This document shows positions 33,178 to 42,432 of a DNA stretch of 58,446 nt, piece after piece; positions within the stretch are counted from its first letter, which is position 1, and the number at the start of each line of letters is the position of its first letter. The notes under the pieces are model-generated. The model was not told the DNA's origin and searched no databases. It saw only the letters and a program-made list of their open reading frames with translations. The translations under genes and the position numbers were made by a program. This DNA comes from Elusimicrobiota bacterium (GTDB lineage: Bacteria > Elusimicrobiota > Elusimicrobia > O2-12-FULL-59-9), in contig JACQRQ010000261.1 in the NCBI GenBank assembly GCA_016206405.1, forward strand, positions 1 through 58,446, written 5' to 3'.

Positions 33178-33909
33178 ATGATCTCTTTTCTTGGCCGCCA
33201 CCGAAAGACCATATTTCTTGTCACCATTTTCGGTTTTCTCATCGGGACTTTCGTCGGGCTGGGAGCCTATTTGTTTACGGACATGGACGCCACCAGGGCG
33301 GTGGCGGAGGTCGGCAAGACCAAAATCCCCTATACGCGATTCCTGTCGCAATCCAACCAAGTTCTGGACCGGATGCGCAACCAAGGGACCGACGTCACCG
33401 ACGACTTGAGGCGCCAAATCAAGGACGACGTCCTCAAGGAAATGATCGTCGAGGAGCTCCTGTACGCCGAGGCGGTCAAGCTCGGCATCCAGACGACGGA
33501 CCTGGAACTGGCCTACGACGTTCACAACACTCCGGCGTTTCAAACCAACAACAATTTCGACCAAGCGGCCTACGTCAACGCGCTTTATTATCTTTTCCGC
33601 ATGGGCCCCAAGGAGTACGAGGAGTTGAGGCGGCGCTCGCTGACCGCCCTCAAATACCGGCGCTTCATTTACGAAAGCGCCAAAATCCATCCGTCGGAAC
33701 TCGACGGACGCCTCAAGACCGCCATGGAAGACCACCAAAAGAAGAATAAGGGCTCTTCCAAGGGTTTCGAGGCGGAAAAAGAAAAAGAAAAAATCGCCGG
33801 CATGCTGAAGCAGGAGCGCTCCATCCATCTTCTTAACTATCGTCTCCGGCAAATGAGCTCCCAAATTCCCATAAAAAGCTTCCTGGAGGAAAGGGAGAAG
33901 GGTCTATGA
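33178..33909 (+). CDS. SurA N-terminal-domain/PpiD-like periplasmic chaperone (no obvious PPIase domain)
   Basis: N-terminal TM (TIFLVTIFGFLIGTFVGLGAYLF), then VAEVGKTKIPYTRF...IKDDVLKEMIVEELLYAEAVKLGIQTTDLEL..., the typical SurA_N/PpiD chaperone pattern. Confidence 0.65.
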   Translation: MISFLGRHRKTIFLVTIFGFLIGTFVGLGAYLFTDMDATRAVAEVGKTKIPYTRFLSQSNQVLDRMRNQGTDVTDDLRRQIKDDVLKEMIVEELLYAEAVKLGIQTTDLELAYDVHNTPAFQTNNNFDQAAYVNALYYLFRMGPKEYEELRRRSLTALKYRRFIYESAKIHPSELDGRLKTAMEDHQKKNKGSSKGFEAEKEKEKIAGMLKQERSIHLLNYRLRQMSSQIPIKSFLEEREKGL

Positions 33910-34853
33910 CGCCGGCATCCAAGAGACCGGTGGTCGTCACGGGCTCCGTCGCTCTGGACACGGTGAAAACGGCCAAAGGCCGCTGCAAGGACGTCTTGGG
34001 CGGATCCGCGGTCTATTTTTCCATGGCGTGCCGTTTTTTTCACCCCGTGCAGCTCATCGGAGCGGTCGGCGGGGACTTTCCGGCCGCGATGAAAAAGCTC
34101 CTGACCGGTTGCGATATCGACTTGACCGGGCTGGAAGAGCTGCCGGGCAAAACTTTCCGCTGGTCGGGCGAGTTCGGCCCCGACCTGCAAAACCCGCAGA
34201 CTCTGTCGACGGCTCTCAATGTCATCGAGCATTTCCGCCCCAAACTTAAGCCGGCGCACAAAAATCCCTCGGTGGCTTTTCTGGCCAACATCGACCCCGA
34301 ACTCCAGTGGGAGGTTCTCAGCCAGCTTGAAAAAGCCGATTTGGTCGCCTGCGACACCATGAACTTTTGGATCGATCAGAAAAAGCCCGCCATCAAAGAA
34401 CTCCTGGCGCACATCGATATTTTTTTCTTGAACGATTCCGAGGCAAAACAGCTCACTGGAAAAGCCAATTTGCTTGAGGCCGCGCGAACCGTCAAGGCAT
34501 GGGGCCCGCGCATCGTGGCGATAAAAAAGGGAGAGCACGGATCGCTCATACTGGCCCAGGACAATTTTTACGCCTACCCGGCCTATCCTACGGAAAGCGT
34601 CGTCGATCCCACGGGCGCCGGAGACTCCTTCGCGGGCGGATTCCTAGGTTACTTGGCCTCCCATGGCTGCGATATCGAGGATCCGGTCCTGCTCAAGAGG
34701 GCGCTGCTCCATGGCTCGGTGATGGCCTCCTTCACCGTCGAGTCCTTCAGCACGGAAAGGCTGGAGTCTCTCAAGCCCGCCGAAATCCACAAGCGCTACC
34801 ACCAATATCTGGAGATGCTGGCCGTCGAGTTGATTCCGGCGTTCGCCAGGTGA
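33906..34853 (+). CDS. PfkB/ribokinase-family carbohydrate kinase
   Basis: 315 aa. C-terminal signature DPTGAGDSFAGGFLGYL. ATGA overlap with the upstream gene. Confidence 0.88.
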   Translation: MTPASKRPVVVTGSVALDTVKTAKGRCKDVLGGSAVYFSMACRFFHPVQLIGAVGGDFPAAMKKLLTGCDIDLTGLEELPGKTFRWSGEFGPDLQNPQTLSTALNVIEHFRPKLKPAHKNPSVAFLANIDPELQWEVLSQLEKADLVACDTMNFWIDQKKPAIKELLAHIDIFFLNDSEAKQLTGKANLLEAARTVKAWGPRIVAIKKGEHGSLILAQDNFYAYPAYPTESVVDPTGAGDSFAGGFLGYLASHGCDIEDPVLLKRALLHGSVMASFTVESFSTERLESLKPAEIHKRYHQYLEMLAVELIPAFAR

Positions 34854-34859
34854 GTCCGC

Positions 34860-35627
34860 ATGGCTGAGCCCGCCATCAAGACATCCGGCCTGCGCAAGAG
34901 TTTCGGCGGGCTCCACGCAGTCAAGGATCTGAACCTCGAGATTCCTTCCGGCGAAATTTTCGGCTTCCTCGGCCCCAACGGAGCCGGAAAGACGACCACC
35001 GTCAAGCTTCTCACCGGCCTGATGGCGCCCACGCGCGGCAAGGCCTGGATTCACGGCCGCGACATCTCGGAAAATCCGATTGCCGTCAAAAAAACCATCG
35101 CCCTTGTTCCCGACGAGCCGTTTGTTTATCCGAAGCTGACCGGAATCGAGTTCATGCGACTGGTCGGCGGCCTTTATGAAGTCCCTTTGGAAACGCAAAA
35201 ATCGAAGATCCCCGAGCTGCTGGAGATGTTCGACCTGAAGGACCGCGCCATGGAAATTCTAGAGTCCTACTCTCACGGGATGCGGCAGAAACTGGTGTTC
35301 GCCAGCGTCCTGCTGCATGAGCCCCGCGTCCTTTTCCTGGATGAGCCCATGGTCGGCCTGGATCCCAAGAGCGCGAAAATGGTCAAGGAAATTTTCAGAA
35401 GGCTCGCGGAAAACGGCGTGACCTTGTTCATGTGCACGCACATCATGGAAATCGCGGAGCAGCTATGCCACCGCGTCGGCATCATGATCGACGGCGAGCT
35501 TATCGCGGTGGGAACGCTCGACGAGATAAAGAAACAGTCTCGCCGGGAGGGCTTCAACCTTGAAGAGGCGTTTTTAACGTTGACGGGAAACTTGGAAGTT
35601 ACAGACCGCTCAAAGCGCTTGGATTAG
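34860..35627 (+). CDS. ABC transporter ATP-binding protein (ABC-2 type), no adjacent permease
   Basis: Walker A GPNGAGKTT, signature-like YSHGMRQKL, Walker B VLFLDEPMVGLD. Confidence 0.9.
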   Translation: MAEPAIKTSGLRKSFGGLHAVKDLNLEIPSGEIFGFLGPNGAGKTTTVKLLTGLMAPTRGKAWIHGRDISENPIAVKKTIALVPDEPFVYPKLTGIEFMRLVGGLYEVPLETQKSKIPELLEMFDLKDRAMEILESYSHGMRQKLVFASVLLHEPRVLFLDEPMVGLDPKSAKMVKEIFRRLAENGVTLFMCTHIMEIAEQLCHRVGIMIDGELIAVGTLDEIKKQSRREGFNLEEAFLTLTGNLEVTDRSKRLD

Positions 35628-36582
35628 TGATTAATAATTTCTCGCCGTCTGCCGAAAGGCTCAGTCCCACCCGCTGATTTTCATAGAAAGTAAAATAGGC
35701 GATATTCGGCGAAAGCTGCTCGAAGGGAACGTGGTAGAATTCGGCGTCACTTTCCCCGGTTTGGATGACGAAGGCCAGCGATTTGGTTTTATGGCCCAAT
35801 CGCGGGGGCGAGAGCGAATCGTCCATATCGACGTAAAAGAAAAACCGGTAGGAGCGGCTCGCCAGGGCGAATTCCTGTCCGGTGCCGTAAATGGCCTTGA
35901 GCAGGTCGCGGGCGGAAATCTTGTAGCTGTCCTCTCCTCCGGCCCCGCTTTTTCGCTCGAACACCACCTTGCTGGCAAGCTTGTCGAAAATATTCGGCTT
36001 CAACGAAATCTTGTAGTCGGCGCCGCCGACGCGAACCTGCTTGGGCTCGTCGTAAATGCCTCTCAAATCGAAGAAGTCCGGCTCCTGGCCGAGCCGGCTT
36101 TCGGGCAAAACGGCGAGATAGGCTTTCTTTTCCCGCGAAGGATGGACGCTTAAAAAGGTCGGCACGCCTCCCAGGTTCGGTTTGACCGCCGTCACCCATT
36201 GGGCGTTGAGCTTCTCGCTCAAGCCGAAAGCGTAGTCGGGCTCGGCGCCTTGGGACCTCACATCTTCCTCGACCGAAAACGGCGCGTAGAAGGCGTCGAA
36301 CATGTTCTTTAACTGCTGGGCGACATAGGCCCGGATTTCCTGCGCCGAGTAATATTTCGCGGCTTGCGCAAAAAAACGCCGGTTTGGATCTTCGGCCGAA
36401 AGGGCCTGAAGCTTGATCTGTCCAAGCGAGGGCCGCTCCACCTGAGGAATGACCACCTCAACCGCGGCTCCGGCCAAGTCGAAACGGAGCACTTTTGCGG
36501 TTTCTTTCTGACCGGCAAAGCCCCTGGAGGCCGTCAAAAGAGCCGATGCGGCGAGCAACGCGGCAAGTAATTTTTTAGTCAT
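35599..36582 (-). CDS. Hypothetical exported protein
   Basis: 327 aa with signal MTKKLLAALLAASALLTASRGFAG. No recognisable domain. Convergent 29-nt overlap with the ABC ATPase gene end. Confidence 0.6.
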   Translation of the reverse strand: MTKKLLAALLAASALLTASRGFAGQKETAKVLRFDLAGAAVEVVIPQVERPSLGQIKLQALSAEDPNRRFFAQAAKYYSAQEIRAYVAQQLKNMFDAFYAPFSVEEDVRSQGAEPDYAFGLSEKLNAQWVTAVKPNLGGVPTFLSVHPSREKKAYLAVLPESRLGQEPDFFDLRGIYDEPKQVRVGGADYKISLKPNIFDKLASKVVFERKSGAGGEDSYKISARDLLKAIYGTGQEFALASRSYRFFFYVDMDDSLSPPRLGHKTKSLAFVIQTGESDAEFYHVPFEQLSPNIAYFTFYENQRVGLSLSADGEKLLITNPSALSGL

Positions 36583-36619
36583 TTGAACCTCTCAGTAGAT
36601 GCCCCGAACCGCCGGGCGA

Positions 36620-39600
36620 TTATCCGTTTTCCAAAACCAAGTCGGAGACGGAAGCCTGAGCCGGCGCAGCCGCCTCCGCTGCCTGCCCGGATGGGGCCGG
36701 AACGCGGGTTTCTTTTTCGCGGCCCTTGATCTCGATGGAAATGAGCTGGGAAACGCCCTGCTCCTCCATCGTCACCCCGTAAATGGCGTCGGCTCCTTCC
36801 AGCGTGCGCTTATTGTGGCTGACGATCAAAAATTGCGAGGCCTGCGCCGTCTCGGTCAACAACCGCAGAAAGCGCCGGATATTCGGCTCATCGAGAGGAG
36901 CATCAACCTCGTCCATCATGCAAAAAGGCGCCGGCTTCACCTCGAAAAACGCGAACAGGAGCGCGACCGCCGTCATCGCCTTTTCGCCTCCCGAAAGCAA
37001 GGAGATGCTTTGCAGCTTTTTTCCCGGAGGCTGCGCCACGATCTCAATGCCGCTTTCAAGGATATTGTCCGGATCGGTCAACAGCAGGTCGGCCTCCCCG
37101 CCTTGAAACAGCGTGCCGTAAATGCTCCTGAAGTGCTCCCGAACCTGGCTGAAGGTCTCGCGGAAATTTTCCCGCGTCGTGGTATTGATCTTGCTGATGG
37201 CCTCTTTGAGCTCGGTTTTGGCCGTGTTGAGGTCCCGAAGCTGCGTCTCGGTGAAATCAAATCGCCCTTTTAGGGCATCGTATTCCTCGGGAGCGGCCAT
37301 GTTGATGGCCCCCATGTTTTCAATGCGCCGGCGCAGGCTCACGATCGAATCTGTCGACACTTTTCTTTCCGACCGCTTGTAGAAATCATCGGCGTGGGCG
37401 AGGGCGTCCTCCAGGGTCATCTGCCAGTTGTCCCACAACTGGTTGAGAGCCGCGTCCCGTTTGGATTTTAGCTGGCCCAACTGGAGCTTGTGGCGGTGAA
37501 TTTCCTCCTGAATTTCCTGAAGCTGCGCCTGCTTCGCGCGCAGCGCCTCTTCCTTGAGCCTCGACTGCTCCTGGGAGTCCTCGAGCATCCGGGTGAGCGC
37601 CTTCCCTTCTTCCTGCTTGGCCTCAAACAAGCGATGGAGCTCGTCGAGCGCCTGCCTCAACCCGCCCTGAAGCGCCGCCAGTTCCTCCAACCGGGCGTCA
37701 TTGGCCCGCGCTTCCTCAAATCGGCTCTTTTGAACGGCCTCCAAATCCGCGCTTTCCTTCTCCGAGCGCTCCAACTGTCCCTGCAGCAAACGGACATTGG
37801 AGGCCAAATGCTCGCGCGCGGCCTTAAATTGCGCCGAACGGATCTGCTGCTGTCCCAGGCTCGCGCGGACCCCATCCAACGCCTCCCGCAGCGTGGCGGT
37901 GTCCTTGAGGGCTTGCGCTTCGGCGGCGGCGAGCTTCCCCAACTCCCGTCCAAGCTCTTTGATTTCCGCCAAGACTCGCCCGCACTGGGCCAAAATGTCG
38001 ACGGCGTCCCGCTCCAATAGGTCCCGGTCCTGCCTGGAAATTTCCAGGGCGTTGAGGTCCCGCGCAAGCTGCTCGGCAAAGGCCTCGCGCCGCGCCTTCT
38101 TTTCCTGGAGCTGATTTTGGACGGATTGAAACTGTTCCTGCGCTTGAGTTAAGCCGCGGCGCATGTCGGAAGTCTGCCCTTGAAGCGCCGCCACCTGGTT
38201 TTGCAGCTCCTGCTCGCGCTCCCGCAGGCCTTTGGTCAAAGCGAATCCCCACGCATTGGCGGTCGACGGATTCTCGCCGCCGCATAGCCAATAGGAACCA
38301 TGGGTCACCGCGCCGGAGGCGTAGGTTTCTTTGAGCAGGAAGTCGATGAGCGCGCGCAGGGCCGGCGGCGCCTGGATTTTCTCCGCGAGCCGCTGGAGAC
38401 TTTGCGCCTTGGCAAACCCCATCAATTGCCATCCCGCATCCGGCAGCGCCGACAACAGCAGGAATCTCGCCCGGCCGCGGGAAGTTCCTTTCAAAAATTC
38501 GATGGCCGACTCAGCGGCAGGCTGCCCCTCGCAAACGAGGGCCTCAAGGCGCTCGCCCAGAGCTTCCTGGATCGCGGTCCGGTACGAGGGCTCGACCTCG
38601 ATTAAATCCCGCAGCCGTCCCAGAACGCCCGGCATCTGGGCATCCAGAACCGCCTGGGCGCCGCGGACGTACGGGTCCTGCTCCGAGTGCTTTTGGGCGG
38701 CCTCAATCCTGGCTGAAACGGAGATGGCCTCCGTTTGCAGCGCCTTCAACTCCCCTTCCTTGCTCTCCAACGCCTGCGCCTGCTCGCGGCAGAGCTGTTC
38801 GATCGCCGCCAGACGGCCGAGCGTTTGTTTTTCCTCCGCCTTCAAATCGTCGAGGAGGCCCGCATGCCGTTCTGCCTCCTGCGCTTGGGAATCGAATATT
38901 CCCTGCTTCCTGTCGTACTCTTTGACGCCCATTTTAAAGTGGTAATCCAGCCGCCCGAAATCCGATTGTTTTTGCGAAAGCCGGCGGGAAGCTTCCAAGC
39001 GCCGCTGCGAAACTTCGGTCTCGCGAAGCTCCTGGGCCTGATGCCGCGCGCTCAGGTCATTGAGCGCGGCGTCCAGGTTGGCCTGTTCCCTTTCGCAGCC
39101 GTCGAGCGAAGCGTCAAGCTCCGCCAGAGCGGTTTGGGACTTGCCGAGATCCTCGGCTGATTTCTTGATCTCCGGCAGAATCTGGCTCTTTCGCCGGCTG
39201 CCCTCTTCCAGTTCATTTTTCAATATGTTTTGACGGCCGGCCAAATACCGGCTTTCATCCATCCCGGACTTCATGCGCTCTTCGGAACGGGCGATATCGG
39301 ACCGGATCCGGCCCAACTCCTCGTTGGAACGGATGACCGCATTCTCCTGCTCCACCCGGCGCAGGCTCAATGCCGCCAAATCGGCGTCCATAATGGAATT
39401 CTCGTTATGAGCGGCCTCCAAACGCTCTTGGACCGGGGCCAGCGACCGCTCTTCCTCTTTAAGCTTCGCATTGAGCTCGCCCGTCTCCTTGACGATGAGG
39501 GCGACTTCCATCACTTTCAAATCTTCTTGGAACCTTTTATAAAGCTTGGCCTTCCGGGCGTCCGAGTCGAGCTTCTTGATCTGCTCGGATATCAGGCTCA

Positions 39601-40183
39601 ACGAATCCTGGACGCGGTTGGCGTCGATCTCCACCTTTTCCAGCTTGGAAAGAGCCTCTTGGCGCTTGGCGATGTACTTGGCCACGCCGGCGGCCTCCTC
39701 GAAAATGGCGCGGCGATCTTGGGGCTTAGAGGACAGCACGAATTCCACCTTGCCCTGATCCATCACGGAATAGCCCTGCTCGCCGATGCCGGTGTCCAGA
39801 AACAACTCCCGGACGTCCTTGAGCCGGCACTGCGTCTTGTTGATAAAGTACTCGTTTTCCCCCGAGCGGTAAATGCGCCGGCTGACGCTGATTTCCGCTT
39901 CGCGCAGGGGCAAGGAACCGCCGGCGTTGTCCAGGGTGAGCGTCACCTCCGCCATGCTCAGGGGTTTGCGCCGCGAGGTGCCGGCAAAAATGACGTCCGT
40001 CATGGCGGCGGACCGCAGGGATTTCCAGGAGCTTTCCCCCACGCACCAACGGATGCACTCAATGATGTTGCTTTTTCCGCAGCCGTTTGGGCCGGCCACG
40101 CCCGTGATGCCGGGCCTGAGCTCCACCTTGGTCTTGTCAGCGAAGGATTTAAAGCCGACGATCTCAATTGATTTCAAATACAT
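36620..40183 (-). CDS. smc: Chromosome segregation protein SMC
   Basis: 1187 aa. N-terminal MYLKSIEIVGFKSF...GPNGCGKSNI, long coiled coils around a hinge, C-terminal LSGGEKAMTAVALLFA and Walker B FCMMDEVDAPLD. Confidence 0.97.
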   Translation of the reverse strand: MYLKSIEIVGFKSFADKTKVELRPGITGVAGPNGCGKSNIIECIRWCVGESSWKSLRSAAMTDVIFAGTSRRKPLSMAEVTLTLDNAGGSLPLREAEISVSRRIYRSGENEYFINKTQCRLKDVRELFLDTGIGEQGYSVMDQGKVEFVLSSKPQDRRAIFEEAAGVAKYIAKRQEALSKLEKVEIDANRVQDSLSLISEQIKKLDSDARKAKLYKRFQEDLKVMEVALIVKETGELNAKLKEEERSLAPVQERLEAAHNENSIMDADLAALSLRRVEQENAVIRSNEELGRIRSDIARSEERMKSGMDESRYLAGRQNILKNELEEGSRRKSQILPEIKKSAEDLGKSQTALAELDASLDGCEREQANLDAALNDLSARHQAQELRETEVSQRRLEASRRLSQKQSDFGRLDYHFKMGVKEYDRKQGIFDSQAQEAERHAGLLDDLKAEEKQTLGRLAAIEQLCREQAQALESKEGELKALQTEAISVSARIEAAQKHSEQDPYVRGAQAVLDAQMPGVLGRLRDLIEVEPSYRTAIQEALGERLEALVCEGQPAAESAIEFLKGTSRGRARFLLLSALPDAGWQLMGFAKAQSLQRLAEKIQAPPALRALIDFLLKETYASGAVTHGSYWLCGGENPSTANAWGFALTKGLREREQELQNQVAALQGQTSDMRRGLTQAQEQFQSVQNQLQEKKARREAFAEQLARDLNALEISRQDRDLLERDAVDILAQCGRVLAEIKELGRELGKLAAAEAQALKDTATLREALDGVRASLGQQQIRSAQFKAAREHLASNVRLLQGQLERSEKESADLEAVQKSRFEEARANDARLEELAALQGGLRQALDELHRLFEAKQEEGKALTRMLEDSQEQSRLKEEALRAKQAQLQEIQEEIHRHKLQLGQLKSKRDAALNQLWDNWQMTLEDALAHADDFYKRSERKVSTDSIVSLRRRIENMGAINMAAPEEYDALKGRFDFTETQLRDLNTAKTELKEAISKINTTTRENFRETFSQVREHFRSIYGTLFQGGEADLLLTDPDNILESGIEIVAQPPGKKLQSISLLSGGEKAMTAVALLFAFFEVKPAPFCMMDEVDAPLDEPNIRRFLRLLTETAQASQFLIVSHNKRTLEGADAIYGVTMEEQGVSQLISIEIKGREKETRVPAPSGQAAEAAAPAQASVSDLVLENG

Positions 40184-40490
40184 GATTTTCCTCTATTGAC
40201 TCCTGGATCCTTCGATCGGGGTTTTCCTTGGCAAAGCAGGACGGGATGCGCATGAAAATCGATAAATCGTGCCGGCCGGCGACTGTTGGCTCCATTGCGC
40301 GCTTCGGGTTTGCGAATAATCCGTTCATTTTATCAGATTCCGGCGTCACGGTCAAATTTTCCAGCCTAAAAGAGCCTAAAAGGCCCAGCCGTGGCATGGG
40401 CCTTTGGTGACGCCGCCTGAAGACTCCGGGCTATTTTGCATACGCAAAAATTTTGCTAGAGTTTTACATCTCCGTGGAGGGACCCTCAAG

Positions 40491-41327
40491 ATGCTCAAAC
40501 GTCTATTCCTTTTGTTGCTCTGCGCCGCCGCCGGAACGGCTCTGATCGCTCCGCGGCTCTTAAAATCCAAGCGGCTTCCCGATGGATTTTCTAAAAAAAT
40601 AGAATCGGCTTTGCCGGCGAACGTCCGGGAGGCGCTGCCGGTCATCCAGGAAACCCTCTCAGCCGTCACTCCCGAAGGCCGGGAAGAGCTGCAAAAGAAA
40701 ATCTACCGCCGGCAAAACGAAATGAAGGGAGAATTCGAGCAGGTCGGAATTGAACTTGCCGAAGAAAAGCCGCTTTCCGAATTTCAAGACTCCGCTGAGG
40801 AAAAGGAGCTCTACAAAGAAATCCGCGGCGATATGAAAACGAAAAAAAATCCATTTCTTGAAAAATTGCTCGAGCCCAAAAAGGGCTCCATGGAGGCGCC
40901 GGGACCCAAGGCCATCATGGCCAACCTCAAGACGCAGATTCTGCCCCAATATGGAAAGTGGCAGCCCAAGGTCAAATTATGGATGTGGCTGATCGCTGGC
41001 GTGTTTATGGTCATGGTATTTTTCACGCTTCTGCTGCCGGCGCGGGATTGGATGTCGCTGCCGGCGGGCGTCGGCTACGGCCTGGCCAAGCTCTGGCTTT
41101 GGATGATTTCCATGACCTCCGTCAGCTATTTCCTGGCATTGCGGGACAATCCATGGACGGCCATTCCTGCGGAGTTGATTTTTGCGCCGGCCCTGATCCT
41201 GCTGCTGAGCGCGCTGCTGCTTCGATCAGCCGACAAGAACGTCTCCTTCGCTAAGAAAGCCCTCAGCGGCTTGATGCCCCTCTTCGCCGCCTTTGTTTTG
41301 ACCGCGGCGCTTCGGAAGTATCTTTAG
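40491..41327 (+). CDS. Hypothetical membrane protein
   Basis: ORF 40404..41327. The ATG at 40491 (GGAGG 10 nt upstream) gives MLKRLFLLLLCAAAGTALIAP.... The middle part is charged and the C-terminal part has about 4 TM segments. Confidence 0.6.
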   Translation: MLKRLFLLLLCAAAGTALIAPRLLKSKRLPDGFSKKIESALPANVREALPVIQETLSAVTPEGREELQKKIYRRQNEMKGEFEQVGIELAEEKPLSEFQDSAEEKELYKEIRGDMKTKKNPFLEKLLEPKKGSMEAPGPKAIMANLKTQILPQYGKWQPKVKLWMWLIAGVFMVMVFFTLLLPARDWMSLPAGVGYGLAKLWLWMISMTSVSYFLALRDNPWTAIPAELIFAPALILLLSALLLRSADKNVSFAKKALSGLMPLFAAFVLTAALRKYL

Positions 41328-41337
41328 ACACACCCCT

Positions 41338-42432
41338 ATGCCGCCAAAGAGAGTCGGGATATTGACCGGCGGAGGCGACGCTCCGGGCCTAAACGCCGTC
41401 ATCCGCGCCGGCGTCAAGAGCGCCCTCAAGCTGGGCTGGCAGGTGACCGGCATCCGCCAGGGATTCGCCGGTCTTTTAAAGCCCGGCTTGACTCAAAACC
41501 TCGGATCGGAAGACGTCATGAACATTCTGCATTTGGGGGGCACGATTTTAGGCACCTCCAACCGGGACAACCCATTCGCTTATCCGGTCAAGGAAAAAAA
41601 CCGCTGGACCGTCAAGGACTACTCCGGCGAGGCGCTGCGCAATTTCCGCGCTTTGCGGCTGGACGCGCTGATCGCCATCGGCGGCGACGGCACCATGGCG
41701 ATCGCGTTCGAGTTGTTCAAACGGGGGCTCCCCGTCGTTGGAGTGCCCAAAACCATCGACAACGACGTGGTCGGCACGGTCATCACTTTCGGATTCGACA
41801 CCGCCGTTTCCACCGCCACCGAGGCCATCGACCGCCTGCATTCGACGGCCCAAAGCCATCGGCGCGTGATGGTGGTCGAAGTCATGGGCAGAAATTCTGG
41901 CTGGATCGCCCTGCACTCGGGAATTTCCGGAGGTGCCGATGCCATTTTGATCCCGGAAATTCCTTTCAAGTTGGACGTCCTCTGCGACGAAGTAGAAAAA
42001 AGATATGCCCGGCGCGGACCGCAATACGGGATGATCGTGGCGGCCGAAGGAGCCTTTCCCTTGCGGGGGCATGTTCGCACAATAAAGACAAGGGAGCGGG
42101 GGCGTCAGCTTCCCACTTTGGGAGGCATCGCGGATTATCTCGCCAGGCAAATTCACAAAAAAACCAAGCGCGAATGCCGAAGCATCGTCCTGGGTCATCT
42201 GCAAAGAGGCGGAATGCCCACCACTTTCGACCGGCTGCTCTCAACGCGCTTTGGAAGCGCGGCCGTGCGCTTGATTCAGGACGGCAAATTCGGGCATATG
42301 GTGGCCAACCGCCCGCCGAAAATCACTTCGATTGCGATGTCCCGGGTGATAGGCAGAGTCAAGAGAGTGCCTCTCAATTCCGACATCATCCGCTCGGCCC
42401 GGAACCTGGATATATCGTTCGGAGACCGATGA
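41338..42432 (+). CDS. pfk: 6-phosphofructokinase (ATP- or PPi-dependent; donor not callable)
   Basis: GILTGGGDAPGLNAVIRA, IAIGGDGTMA, GVPKTIDNDV and MGRNSGWIAL are all present. Confidence 0.93.
   Translation: MPPKRVGILTGGGDAPGLNAVIRAGVKSALKLGWQVTGIRQGFAGLLKPGLTQNLGSEDVMNILHLGGTILGTSNRDNPFAYPVKEKNRWTVKDYSGEALRNFRALRLDALIAIGGDGTMAIAFELFKRGLPVVGVPKTIDNDVVGTVITFGFDTAVSTATEAIDRLHSTAQSHRRVMVVEVMGRNSGWIALHSGISGGADAILIPEIPFKLDVLCDEVEKRYARRGPQYGMIVAAEGAFPLRGHVRTIKTRERGRQLPTLGGIADYLARQIHKKTKRECRSIVLGHLQRGGMPTTFDRLLSTRFGSAAVRLIQDGKFGHMVANRPPKITSIAMSRVIGRVKRVPLNSDIIRSARNLDISFGDR

Noticed and set aside
33103-33864. 253-aa minus-strand ORF
   Set aside because: It is antisense to the SurA_N-like gene and the bactofilin end. 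It is a shadow ORF.
39230-40171. 313-aa plus-strand ORF
   Set aside because: It is antisense to smc, whose full-length conservation explains the region. It is a shadow ORF.
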